53,950 bases of DNA, taken from IMG/VR virus record IMGVR_UViG_3300047586_000088, positions 1-53,950 of that record, one strand, 5' to 3'. Below are positions 18,774-27,769 of the stretch, piece by piece (the first letter of the stretch is position 1; each line of letters opens with the position of its first letter). A program made the position numbers and the translations under genes. The DNA is from a virus. Lineage: Duplodnaviria; Caudoviricetes. Below the pieces are notes generated by a model that was not told the origin of the DNA, did not search any database, and saw only the letters and a list, made by a program, of their open reading frames with translations.

Positions 18774-19132
18774 GGGTCCCTCCCTTCTGTGCGATCAAGT
18801 TGGCCGACAGCTGCTCGAAGTCACGCTTGCTCTTTGCCTGCTCCTCAGCGGTCAACTGCCGTGGCTTGTCTCCCCCGAGGAGCTTGTTGAGACTTGGCAG
18901 CCGCTTGCTCCGAGCGAGCGCGGCGGAGAGCCAGGCGAGGCGGATGTCGCGGGCTTGCGCTTGCTCCTCACGCCAGGCGTGGGCCTCGAAGACCGCGAAC
19001 GTCTCTCGGGGCGTGAGTGACCAGAACTGTTCTACCGAGAGCCCCGCCCTCAGTCCGTCAGCCAGGAGACGGTCCCAATCCCAGGTGCCTGAGGCACCCT
19101 CAGGACTCAGCCCCTGGCCTACGCCGGGGGGG
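18694..19132 (-). CDS. Tail assembly chaperone frameshift extension (gpT-like)
   Basis: -1 frame WDWDRLLADGLRAGLSVEQFWSLTPRE; no own start; C7 slippery run at 19126-19132. Confidence 0.75.
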
Positions 19133-19502
19133 CGGGCTCATCCCCCTCAGCATCCTCCTCGACTTCCTTCTGCGGGCTGTAGCCGAGGACGTCGCCGATG
19201 GCGCTGAGCACGACCGGCAGCACGGCGGTGAAGCCGAGAGCGTCCATGACGTCGTAGGCGTCGCCGACCGTATAGGGTGCCTTCCTGCTCTTGGTATCCC
19301 GCCGTGCGTGCTCGAGCCCGATCGCGAGTAGCTGGACCGTGTCGCCCATCCCGAGGGCGTTGTTGTTCATCGCGTTGACGAACTGGAGCACGCTCTTTCC
19401 TGTCGCCCCCTCGGCCTCGACGAGCGCCCTGTTAGTGAAGAGGACGGCGAGCCTCTCGCCGTCCACCTCGAGAAAGCCCTCTCCTCTGGCCCCCTTCGGC
19501 AT
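19119..19502 (-). CDS. Tail assembly chaperone (gpG-like)
   Basis: LFTNRALVEAE motif; located between tail tube and TMP. Confidence 0.85.
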   Translation of the reverse strand: MPKGARGEGFLEVDGERLAVLFTNRALVEAEGATGKSVLQFVNAMNNNALGMGDTVQLLAIGLEHARRDTKSRKAPYTVGDAYDVMDALGFTAVLPVVLSAIGDVLGYSPQKEVEEDAEGDEPAPPA

Positions 19503-19561
19503 GACTCCTCCTCCTTCGGCGCTAGACTATGGGACCTTCACTAGAGAGGCCCCGTCTAGCA

Positions 19562-19993
19562 TCAACTTAGAAGCTCATCCCAATCTCCATCGATCGACAG
19601 GCCGACCGAGACGGTCGACACATCCATGTCCGGGTGCGCCTCGCTCAGATCGGTGATGATGGCGCGCGCCTCTCTGGTTGGGACGCCATTGACGGACTGC
19701 TGCACCATGATGAAGTCGCGAGCCTTCTGCGCCGCGTCGAGCGCCTGGTAGGCGGCGTCCGACGGGATGTAGAGGGCATCGCAGGTGATCGTCACCGTGA
19801 CACGGCCGGGCAGCACGCGGTGCGCCGCCGAGTCCTTCGACGAGGCGTCGATCTCGTCGCCTTTGCGACCGACCGTCGCGCCTCGCTGGCCGCCGAGGAC
19901 GGTGTAGCTCGGGGACGACTCGGAGCCAGTGTTAACATACAAAAGTACGTCCGTTCCGCTGGTTGCTACCACGGCGGGGAGAGGCATGTTCAA
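19562..19993 (-). CDS. Major tail tube protein (TP901-1/Phage_tube-like)
   Basis: GTDVLLYV...GGQRGAT...IDASSKDS motifs. Confidence 0.9.
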   Translation of the reverse strand: MNMPLPAVVATSGTDVLLYVNTGSESSPSYTVLGGQRGATVGRKGDEIDASSKDSAAHRVLPGRVTVTITCDALYIPSDAAYQALDAAQKARDFIMVQQSVNGVPTREARAIITDLSEAHPDMDVSTVSVGLSIDGDWDELLS

Positions 19994-20084
19994 TCTCCTT
20001 TTGTGACTTGAGCATAACTAGAGCGTCCACCCTGGGGCGGACGCTCGGCAACGCTTTCGACAGGTTAGTCGGCAGTTGGGATGG

Positions 20085-20867
20085 TCAGGGCGGAGCTATA
20101 CGTGCTAGCCCTGCGAGTACAGCTTCCCTGGCGTCGGCTCGAATTGCCTTTTCGCTCAGACGTAGCACGCGATATCCCCTCTCGCCAAACCAGGCATCTC
20201 GGTTATGGTCCCGATCCCTCATTCCAGGTAGCGAGTGCCAATAGAGACCGTCACATTCGACATCGAGTTGAAGATGCGGCACGAAGATGTCGCAGATGAA
20301 CCTACCGACAACCTTCTGTTGCTCGAAGTCGACCCCGAGTGCTGTAAGGGCTTCTGCTACAGCGACCTCGATCGAGGTTGGTTTCTGGATGTCTCTGAGA
20401 TAGGCGATCCCCTTCGCCCGAAAGTCAGGGTCTTCCCACCTCCCTTTGCGCTCCACGATCATCTGCTCTCGATACTCGGGATTCTGCCAATGCCTCTTGG
20501 ATGCCTCGCCGATCTTCCTGATAGCCTCTGGACTCTGCCTGTCCGCCTTGGTCCAAGCTCGCTTTTCAGGGGAAATGGACTTGCCTTTCGTCGAGCTTGG
20601 GCGTCCGGTGATGGCCTTCAGCAGTGCGGCTCTGTGTGATTCCGAGATGGGGCCGCGCTTTGTGCTTTTGCGACCCTCGGCGATCGCCTGTCTGATGGCT
20701 TCCCCGATATGTTGCCGATGTTCGCCAGAGAGTGGAATTCCCGACTTGTGCCCCGCCTTTGCCTTGTCGGTATCGCCGTGGGCTCGCCAGCGTTTCCAGT
20801 GCATCGAGCACCAGCCGCGAGCCTTAGCTGGCCGGTCGCAGCCCTCGACTGAACACAACGGCTTCAT
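20085..20867 (-). CDS. Free-standing endonuclease: Zn-finger plus NUMOD3-like repeats plus DUF559/Vsr-like nuclease
   Basis: CSVEGCDRP...GWCSMHW; KPTSIE...CDIF...VECDGLYWH...RD...GYRVLRL. Confidence 0.85.
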   Translation of the reverse strand: MKPLCSVEGCDRPAKARGWCSMHWKRWRAHGDTDKAKAGHKSGIPLSGEHRQHIGEAIRQAIAEGRKSTKRGPISESHRAALLKAITGRPSSTKGKSISPEKRAWTKADRQSPEAIRKIGEASKRHWQNPEYREQMIVERKGRWEDPDFRAKGIAYLRDIQKPTSIEVAVAEALTALGVDFEQQKVVGRFICDIFVPHLQLDVECDGLYWHSLPGMRDRDHNRDAWFGERGYRVLRLSEKAIRADAREAVLAGLARIAPP

Positions 20868-21037
20868 TCGGCTGTCTCCGGTGGAGCCTTTGGCGCGTCT
20901 GCGATTCCCTCCTGACGTGCTCTCTCTCTGACCAGTAACTCGATGGTGCTGGCCTGGCTCAAACCCAGTCGGCCTGACAGTAGCAGGAGCAAGCGACGGC
21001 ACTCGTCTGACAGGGTGTAACTCGTCTTGCGCTTCAT
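20864..21037 (-). CDS. 57-aa RHH-like regulator (MKRKTSYTLSDECRRLL...), below the ORF-track cutoff
   Basis: Manual translation; ATGA overlap with the endonuclease; leaderless start 6 nt after the -10. Confidence 0.75.
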   Translation of the reverse strand: MKRKTSYTLSDECRRLLLLLSGRLGLSQASTIELLVRERARQEGIADAPKAPPETAE

Positions 21038-21072
21038 ACCGTAATACTACCGCGCTATACGGTATGCGTCAA
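21035..21072 (-). promoter_or_regulatory. Internal promoter with inverted-repeat operator
   Basis: TTGACG-17-TAGTAT; CATACCGTA/TACGGTATG inverted repeat. Confidence 0.75.
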
Positions 21073-21082
21073 GGTTAGCTCG

Positions 21083-21496
21083 TTAGCTTGTTTCCATCAT
21101 CGTGTAGCGAACGCTCACGATTCTTCCATAGGCTTCGGGCTCGTCGGCCTGGGTCGGACCTTGAGCCACCGCGACGAGGACCTGGAACCCGTCTACCTCC
21201 AAGCGATAGCGATGAAGCAGCGCGCGGACCCGCTCGGCAATCTGCTCGACGACGATGGCCGAGCCACCGGCGGGCGCGTAGCAGCGCGCGTCGCGGGTGA
21301 GCCGCCGGCCCCGCGTCGTCTTCGAGTCGAAGGGCTCGTAGGTCACTTCGCCGACCGCGACGACGTAGGGCAGTTCGGCGTCTTCGGGCACGTCAGCCGT
21401 GAAGACGGCAGGCGCGCCTCGGTAGGTCGCCAGAAGAGAAGCGAGGCTGGCGTCGCCGCTCAGCCTCGCGTGGATCGACTCAGTCAGGTTACCCAT
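21083..21496 (-). CDS. Tail completion/terminator protein (DUF3168-like)
   Basis: IHARLSGDASL...PYVV...IAERVRALLH; neck position. Confidence 0.85.
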   Translation of the reverse strand: MGNLTESIHARLSGDASLASLLATYRGAPAVFTADVPEDAELPYVVAVGEVTYEPFDSKTTRGRRLTRDARCYAPAGGSAIVVEQIAERVRALLHRYRLEVDGFQVLVAVAQGPTQADEPEAYGRIVSVRYTMMETS

Positions 21497-21500
21497 AGGC

Positions 21501-21836
21501 TTACCCCTGCGCGATCAGGCGGACGATTTCGGAGGCGTTGCCGAACACGGCCGGGCGAAGGTAGGGGTGCGCAGGCACTCCGCGACTGGTCCCCATTTCC
21601 TGATAGATTCCGTAGAAAGCCGGCCCCGCCTTCACGCCGACCCGTCCGACGATCGCGCTCGGCTCGGCCTCGACCTCGTGAGCGATCTCGCTTCGGAGCA
21701 GACCAGTCCGTACTGGCGCCTTCGCCTTGGCCTGGCCCTCCGCGAACTCGCACGCCTTGCCGATCCCGCTGGTTATTCGGCGACGAATGGCGACGAGGAG
21801 CTTCTCCTGATCCCAGTTGACGACGTACTCGCTCAC
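21501..21836 (-). CDS. HK97 gp10-like neck protein
   Basis: APVRTGLLRSEI...YQEMGT...AHPYLRPA. Confidence 0.9.
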   Translation of the reverse strand: MSEYVVNWDQEKLLVAIRRRITSGIGKACEFAEGQAKAKAPVRTGLLRSEIAHEVEAEPSAIVGRVGVKAGPAFYGIYQEMGTSRGVPAHPYLRPAVFGNASEIVRLIAQG

Positions 21837-22180
21837 GACCCCAACTCCTCGACCGTCGGCTTCTGCACCTGGTAGGCGTCGATTTCCAGGTGATGCCCGC
21901 TGTAACTCGGCTCTCTGACGGCGACTACCTCGACGACGACACCCCCCAGCGTCAGCAGGTCCTCCCGCTGGACGTCCTCGTCGGCGGCGCAGTAGAGGAC
22001 GTGGGAGACGTACGCCTGCTGCTGAGCCGCGACCGTCCGCTCGTAGGCGCTGGCGGGTCGGAGTCGTCCCGTGAGCGCGCCTCGATCCTCGTAGCCGACC
22101 GCCCAGCCGCCCTGGCCGTCGGAGGTCCTGGTCGGGCGGAAGTGGCGGAGTTCGTGGATGTAGAGCGAGCGGATCGACAC
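21833..22180 (-). CDS. Head-tail adaptor/head closure protein
   Basis: DGQGGW motif; position. Confidence 0.85.
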   Translation of the reverse strand: MSIRSLYIHELRHFRPTRTSDGQGGWAVGYEDRGALTGRLRPASAYERTVAAQQQAYVSHVLYCAADEDVQREDLLTLGGVVVEVVAVREPSYSGHHLEIDAYQVQKPTVEELGS

Positions 22181-23002
22181 CTAGCGCCTCCTCGCCGCGG
22201 CGGCAAACTGCTGGCGGTAGAAGTCCGCTTCCTCCGGCCGACAGCAGACGGTCCGTCCGGGCGCGATCTGGACGTGGATCAGGCGGTTGTCCCCCGAGAT
22301 GCGGTGCGCGTTGCTCGGGCTCGTCCGCGCCGTCTTGGTTCCGAAGCGATGGTGCAGCAGCGTCGTCTTGACCCCTTCTCGGCAGTTCCAGGTGTAGGGC
22401 ACCGTCAGGTAGAGCGCGTCTGACCGCAGGAGCGCCCGGAGGAGCGCGACCTGCTCGTCCCAACCCTGGAACCGCAGCCATTCCTCGGCCCAGAGGTCGA
22501 ACAGCCGCTCGACCGCCGGAGAGCGTCGCCAGAACAGCATCCCGCTGTTGTGGTAGAGCAGCAGGGGCGTGCCGAGCCACTCGGACGTCCAGGCGCGCTC
22601 GTGGTGCTCGCCGATCGAGCTCCCGATGGTCCGCGTCTCGGTCTCGGCGACGACGAAGTCCCATCGATCTAGCAGGTCGAAGGCCCGCTCGGGCGAGACT
22701 CGGAAATCCGAGTCGGCGTCCACGTAGAGCGACTGATCGAAGGACGAGAGTCGGTAGAGGAGCGGCTTGACCCGACCGGCACGGAACTGAAAGCCGATCG
22801 GCTGTGAGCGATCGAAGGGATCGACCTCGATCTGCGTGAACCGCACGCCCTCCCGTGCCTGGTAGTGCTGCCCGGCCACGGCGTCGCCGACGACGAGGAC
22901 CGGCATACCGGGTGCGACTTTCCAGAGCGACCGCATGCTCTCGTCGGCGTCCGTGATCGCCCGCTCGCCCCAGGCCATGTAGACCACGCCGCGAGTCGTC
23001 AC
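22181..23002 (-). CDS. GT-A fold glycosyltransferase (nucleotide-diphospho-sugar transferase)
   Basis: GVVYMAWG, LYVDADS (DxD), NSGMLFW, DEQVAL. Confidence 0.85.
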   Translation of the reverse strand: MTTRGVVYMAWGERAITDADESMRSLWKVAPGMPVLVVGDAVAGQHYQAREGVRFTQIEVDPFDRSQPIGFQFRAGRVKPLLYRLSSFDQSLYVDADSDFRVSPERAFDLLDRWDFVVAETETRTIGSSIGEHHERAWTSEWLGTPLLLYHNSGMLFWRRSPAVERLFDLWAEEWLRFQGWDEQVALLRALLRSDALYLTVPYTWNCREGVKTTLLHHRFGTKTARTSPSNAHRISGDNRLIHVQIAPGRTVCCRPEEADFYRQQFAAAARRR

Positions 23003-23622
23003 TTCACCCCTCCTGAGGCGGGCTTCGGCGACGGCCTCAGCCTCCGAAACGCGATCGTGTAGTCCCTGAGTCCGACGAACTCCCAGCGTGGCTCCGTCAC
23101 GTCGTCCCGCTCACTTGCCCACCACTCCGAGACGGCCTGGCAGACGCCCGGCACCGAGGGATAGAACATGTCGTGGAGCGCGACCACGCCGCCGACCTTG
23201 ACTCGCGGTGTCCAGGCCTCGAGGTCCCGCGCGACCGCCTCACGCGAGTGGTCGGCGTCGACGAACAGGAGCGCGATCTCGTCCTGGTGATGGTCGAGCG
23301 CCTCGTCGGAGGTCATCTCGAGGAGCGCCGGCGGGTTCAGCCCGACACCCTCGAGGTTTCGGCGCCACCGGGCCGCCGATGACTGCGTCTTCTGGGTTGG
23401 GATCGAGACGAACGGATCGACGGTCGTGAGCGTCGCGCCCCAGATCGCACCCGCCTGAAGCAGGATGCTGGTCGTTCGGCCCATCCAGCAGCCGAGCTCG
23501 ACGAAGCGCCCCCTCCGCCGTGCCAGGCGGTAGAGGAAGCGCGCCTCCCCTTTGCGGTAGAGGCCGGGTATCCGCCAAGCCGTCTTGATCGCCGCGTCGA
23601 CCTCCTCGTCGGCTATCCTCAC
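22999..23622 (-). CDS. Class I SAM-dependent methyltransferase (Methyltransf_24-like)
   Basis: VELGCWMGRTT; LLFVDADHS; KVGGVVALHD. Confidence 0.88.
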   Translation of the reverse strand: MRIADEEVDAAIKTAWRIPGLYRKGEARFLYRLARRRGRFVELGCWMGRTTSILLQAGAIWGATLTTVDPFVSIPTQKTQSSAARWRRNLEGVGLNPPALLEMTSDEALDHHQDEIALLFVDADHSREAVARDLEAWTPRVKVGGVVALHDMFYPSVPGVCQAVSEWWASERDDVTEPRWEFVGLRDYTIAFRRLRPSPKPASGGVK

Positions 23623-24821
23623 GCCGGCGCCCCCTCTCGCCTGGCCGCGCGGTGGTTGTGCCAGACGAACTGAGCGAGCGGTCGGTGGTGGGTGTTCCAG
23701 CACTCCCGCACCGCGACGACTCGGACGGGATTCTGTGCGAGCGCCCGAAGCAGCGCCATCTGGTCGTGTCGCTGGAAGCGGAGCCACTCGCGATGCCACG
23801 CCTGGAAGAGCGACCGCGCCCGCTCGGACCGGCGGAAGAAGATTACGCCGCTGTTCCAGTAGAGCAACTCGTCGGTCGGCAGCTCGGCCCGCGTCGCCGC
23901 GACCTCGGCGGGGTCCAGGTGAGGCCAGTGGTTCTGGCTGAAGATCCGGGTCGGGTCCTGCGACAGCACGACGTCGCCGTAGTCGAGGAGTCCAAAGCCC
24001 GGCTCGGGGCTCGCCAGCACCTGGGTGTCGGCATCGAGGAAGAGCGTCCTGCGAAAGGGCGAGAGGCTGTACATCCTGGTCTTCTGCGCCCGCGCGCCGC
24101 GGTCGACCTCGACGTGAACGATCGAGTGGTCGGCCCCAGGGAAGGGCGTGTCCGAGACGACGGCGACGGGGAGGGTCGGCATCTGGGCTCGCAGGCTGGC
24201 GATGCTGGTCTTTGCCTGCTCGCGCGCCTTGTCGCCGTAGGCACAGTAGAGCGCGCCCCTGTCGGCGATGATGTGGCGGAACGCGATCATGGTGCCGGCT
24301 TGCTCGACTTCGGCCCAGGAATCGCTCCGCCACTCGTCGACGGCGGTCTGGACTTCCGGCCGGTCGAGCGTCGCCTTCCGCGCCTTGCCGTAGTCGTGGA
24401 CGCAGATGGCCCCGCCGGGCTTTACCTTCGGCGCCCAGTTCGCCAGGTCGTCGCGGCACTCCTCGTAGGAGTGGCCGGCGTCGACGTGGAGCAGGTCGAC
24501 GGTCTCGCCGAACCCGTCGGCGGCCTCCGTCGTCGTCGCGTTGACGATCGTCGGCGAGAGGCCGAGCCTCTGGAAGTTGGCCCGCGTTTCGGCCTCAGTC
24601 GAGCCCTGGTAGCCACGATGGCTCATGTCGCCGAACGAGTCGACGGCCCAGGCGCGCGCCTTCGAGCTCGTCAGCATCATAGCGGCGAGACTTCGGCCCT
24701 TGAATGTGCCCAACTCGACGATCGACCCGGCTGACCGCGCCATCCGACAGAGGAGCGCGAGCTCGTCAGTAGTCATCAGCCCAGGGATCGCCTTCGCGGC
24801 CTCGGGTATCTCAGCTATCAT
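23619..24821 (-). CDS. Methyltransferase-glycosyltransferase fusion
   Basis: N-terminal VELGTFKGRS...HVDAGHSYE...HDY; C-terminal FLDADT, NSGVIFF, DQMAL. Confidence 0.88.
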   Translation of the reverse strand: MIAEIPEAAKAIPGLMTTDELALLCRMARSAGSIVELGTFKGRSLAAMMLTSSKARAWAVDSFGDMSHRGYQGSTEAETRANFQRLGLSPTIVNATTTEAADGFGETVDLLHVDAGHSYEECRDDLANWAPKVKPGGAICVHDYGKARKATLDRPEVQTAVDEWRSDSWAEVEQAGTMIAFRHIIADRGALYCAYGDKAREQAKTSIASLRAQMPTLPVAVVSDTPFPGADHSIVHVEVDRGARAQKTRMYSLSPFRRTLFLDADTQVLASPEPGFGLLDYGDVVLSQDPTRIFSQNHWPHLDPAEVAATRAELPTDELLYWNSGVIFFRRSERARSLFQAWHREWLRFQRHDQMALLRALAQNPVRVVAVRECWNTHHRPLAQFVWHNHRAARREGAPA

Positions 24822-25378
24822 CCCCCGCCGTTCCTGAGCGCTTCATTGATGAGGCGCTGACGGTAGCTGAAGTCGTCAACCACAAGCTCGGCGACGGCCC
24901 AGTTCGCGCCATCCGCGCCGACGCCAGTGCTCACCTGCTCTCTGAGCGAGGCCGCGTGTTTGCGGAGACTGTCCGCGACCCGCGACCCGTCGATCTGGTA
25001 GTCGCCAAGCCTGATCGATCCTTCTACGATGGCCCGTTGATCCGCAATGCTGTCCAGCGCGTCGGCCGCCGCCAGGCGATCATCGCCCTCCAGCGTGAGG
25101 AACGTCGTGAGGTCGGTGTCGGAAATGAGCGTGTGCTGGTAGGCGACGACGATCTGAGTGCCCGGCGCGGGCGCCGCCACGAACGTCACGAGCCCGAGGT
25201 CTGCGTCCACCGTGTAGGCGGCCGCCAGTTGCAGCACGCCCGACAAGTACACCTTGACGGTGGCGGCGATGAGCGGCGGATTCTTCACCTGGAGGTCGAG
25301 CTCGCCACTCGCGACGAACGTATCGCGCGCGAGCTGCGCACGATCAGGGATCAGGGCGCGGATGGTTGCGATGGTCAA
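24818..25378 (-). CDS. Head-tail connector protein
   Basis: Follows the capsid gene; IRALIPD...AAADALDSIA. Confidence 0.7.
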   Translation of the reverse strand: MTIATIRALIPDRAQLARDTFVASGELDLQVKNPPLIAATVKVYLSGVLQLAAAYTVDADLGLVTFVAAPAPGTQIVVAYQHTLISDTDLTTFLTLEGDDRLAAADALDSIADQRAIVEGSIRLGDYQIDGSRVADSLRKHAASLREQVSTGVGADGANWAVAELVVDDFSYRQRLINEALRNGGG

Positions 25379-25452
25379 GCAGCACCTCCAGGGGCGGGAA
25401 TGAGACTGCCCCCGCCTCGCGACAGGGGCAGCGGGTCAGATTAGCAACCTAC

Positions 25453-26583
25453 CTACGTAGCGGCGACCTGTGCGTAAGTTGCGCGTGGATCCAACCTGGC
25501 AGCCGAGCAGATGTGCCGGACCCGATACATGATGTTGTCGCTGGCGAAGTCACCCGAGTAGGGCGACATCAGAGCACCGCCGGTCGTCGCCTTGTCGGAC
25601 GCCTTCATCACGACTTCAGGAGACTCCTGGCCCCGGAGGAAGTCGACCTGCACGGCCGCCCGGACGTTCGGATCGGCGAACAGATACCAGGTGAAGTCGT
25701 GGTTGCCCGAGGTGTCGACGATGGGCAGCAGCGGGTTGACGCAGAGCTGGAGGTTGAGTTGCGAGATCACATTCGCCTGCGGCAGCGGCACGTTCGCCGT
25801 CGTCGTGACCATCTGGTACGCCGAGTTCAGGATCTGGAGCGCCCGGATCTTCAGTCTGGGCGGGACCATCAGGACAGCACCCTCGAGCCCGAGCGGTCGA
25901 CCGAGGGAGTCCTGCTGAGCCGACATCAGCCCGATCGTGGTCTCGAGGTTCGTGATCGAGAGCGGCAACGCGCCGAGGTTGGTCACGTTCTGGGCATCGG
26001 CAGCGTCCGCGATGGGCGCGCCGTACAGCAGCGCGTTCGGGCCAGCGGCTTGCGCGACTGCCATCGTCGCCAGGTAGGCCTCGGTGTAGAGCGCAGCATC
26101 CGCGAACCGCTGCGGGATGTCGCTGAATGCGCCGAGGACGTCGTTGACGATGGCCTCGAAGCTGACGTCGAACGCGCCGCCCCACTTGGCGAGCTGGCGG
26201 TGGTAGTGGCCGTTCGAGGTCGTCATCAGCGGGTAAGGCGCCTTCTCGGCGACTTGGGCCAGCAGACCGTCGTTGCCCTGGACCTTGTGGGCCTCGGCGA
26301 TGTTGAAGTTCGGCAGCGTGCCGCGCTTCGCGAACATCCGCCAGTTCGGAGTCGCGAGCGAGTAGCGGGCCAGCAGGTCGCGCTCGATGATGAACCCGAA
26401 GAGGTTGGGGAAGTCGGCCGTCGTGATGGCCTCACGGAGCAGGTACTCCTGCTTCCACGAGGGCAGTCGCTGGCTGTTGCCCATCAGGTCGATGAGACGT
26501 CCCACCGCGGCCTCGTTGATCCGCGTGGTGGTGACGGGGTTGAACCCGTCCCAGGACTCCATCAGCTGGAGGAGCTCAGGCAC
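25453..26583 (-). CDS. Major capsid protein (Mu gpT-like)
   Basis: EAITTADFPNL, EAIVND, LMVPPRL, WYLFADP, FLRGQESP; AGGAG RBS before GTG 26583. Confidence 0.9.
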   Translation of the reverse strand: MPELLQLMESWDGFNPVTTTRINEAAVGRLIDLMGNSQRLPSWKQEYLLREAITTADFPNLFGFIIERDLLARYSLATPNWRMFAKRGTLPNFNIAEAHKVQGNDGLLAQVAEKAPYPLMTTSNGHYHRQLAKWGGAFDVSFEAIVNDVLGAFSDIPQRFADAALYTEAYLATMAVAQAAGPNALLYGAPIADAADAQNVTNLGALPLSITNLETTIGLMSAQQDSLGRPLGLEGAVLMVPPRLKIRALQILNSAYQMVTTTANVPLPQANVISQLNLQLCVNPLLPIVDTSGNHDFTWYLFADPNVRAAVQVDFLRGQESPEVVMKASDKATTGGALMSPYSGDFASDNIMYRVRHICSAARLDPRATYAQVAAT

Positions 26584-26689
26584 TGTGATTCTCCTATCCG
26601 CCACGCAGATCGGGCGGTTGTTTCTCTGAGGATGCGAAAGGGGCCGAGTGTCTACTCAGCCCCCTGCCAGGATCGGATGGACGCTTGGG

Positions 26690-27712
26690 TTACGCGACGA
26701 CGAGAGCCTGAACGAAGACGGTGCAGCCGATCTGGCCGGCACCGCTCGCGCGGACTCGAGTGATGCGGAGGGTGCCGCCGGCGGCGATCTCCCAGTTCGC
26801 GTCGTCGATCGTGCTGGCCCGGATGATGGTCTTGTCGGGGGTGTTGTTCATCGCCATCACGTCGGTGATCGCGCTCGCGGCGTTCTTGATCGTGATGCTG
26901 TTGGCCTCGGCGCTGGCCTGGTTCGCGGTCTTGACCAGCCAGACGTTGACGACCCGGACCTTGTGGAGGGCGCTGACCACGACGTCCTGATCACCCGACG
27001 CGGCGTCGGCGCTGGCGATCTGGAACATGATGGGGATGCCGCCGATGGTGTTGGCGTCGGCGACGGTCTTGACGACGGTGCCATCGAGAGAGGCTGGCGC
27101 GAGCTTGGCCTGAGTCCAGATGGCGTCGGCGAACAGCGCGCGGGTCGGAGCATCGGCAGCGAACGCGCCGTCGGCGATGAGCTGAAGCAGCGCGGCGTTG
27201 GCGATGCTATCGGTCGCGAACTTGGCGAGGACCGTCGCGACGTTGAAGAAGTTGGCAGCGAAGAGCGCCCGTCCCGTGGCGTCCGCCGAGATCGCCCCAG
27301 CGGCGATGTTGGCCGAGTTGATCGTGCCCGCGCCGATGGTGCCACTGCCCGGCGAGGGAACGTGGAGGACGCGGATGCTGGCCGTCGCGCCGACGCCGAC
27401 GGTCGCGCATGCGAAGCCGAAGAAGCGACCAGCCGGGTTGTTGCTGATCGTGCCGGGCGCGCCGTCAACATAGAAGAGCGCGTCGCCGAGTGCGATGCTG
27501 CCGCCGACGGTGTCGGTGACGGTGAGGGTCCAGACGCGATGACCGAAGTCGACCGTCGCCTCCAGGGCGGTGTTGCCGCCGCCCCCGGCGACAGTCAGAG
27601 CGACGCCCGTGGCGACGCCGTAGCGGCAGGGTCCGCCGGCGGCCGGGGCGACCGGGTTGGTGACGACGACCGACAGCCGGTCGGCGTACTCGAAGACCTC
27701 GTTGGTGGGCAT
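26690..27712 (-). CDS. Capsid decoration protein (DUF2190-like N-terminus) with extended repeats
   Basis: GVATGVALT...IALGDALFY...FFGFA; between protease and capsid. Confidence 0.7.
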   Translation of the reverse strand: MPTNEVFEYADRLSVVVTNPVAPAAGGPCRYGVATGVALTVAGGGGNTALEATVDFGHRVWTLTVTDTVGGSIALGDALFYVDGAPGTISNNPAGRFFGFACATVGVGATASIRVLHVPSPGSGTIGAGTINSANIAAGAISADATGRALFAANFFNVATVLAKFATDSIANAALLQLIADGAFAADAPTRALFADAIWTQAKLAPASLDGTVVKTVADANTIGGIPIMFQIASADAASGDQDVVVSALHKVRVVNVWLVKTANQASAEANSITIKNAASAITDVMAMNNTPDKTIIRASTIDDANWEIAAGGTLRITRVRASGAGQIGCTVFVQALVVA

Positions 27713-27769
27713 TTCTGGATCACCCTTTCAGCCGGCTTGCCGGCTACGTTCCTTTGGCTGTGCCAGGGA

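Noticed and set aside
22999-24821. DNA methyltransferases / restriction-modification
   Set aside because: No DPPY/NPPY or PC catalytic motifs; the motifs fit Methyltransf_24-like enzymes linked to glycosyltransferases.
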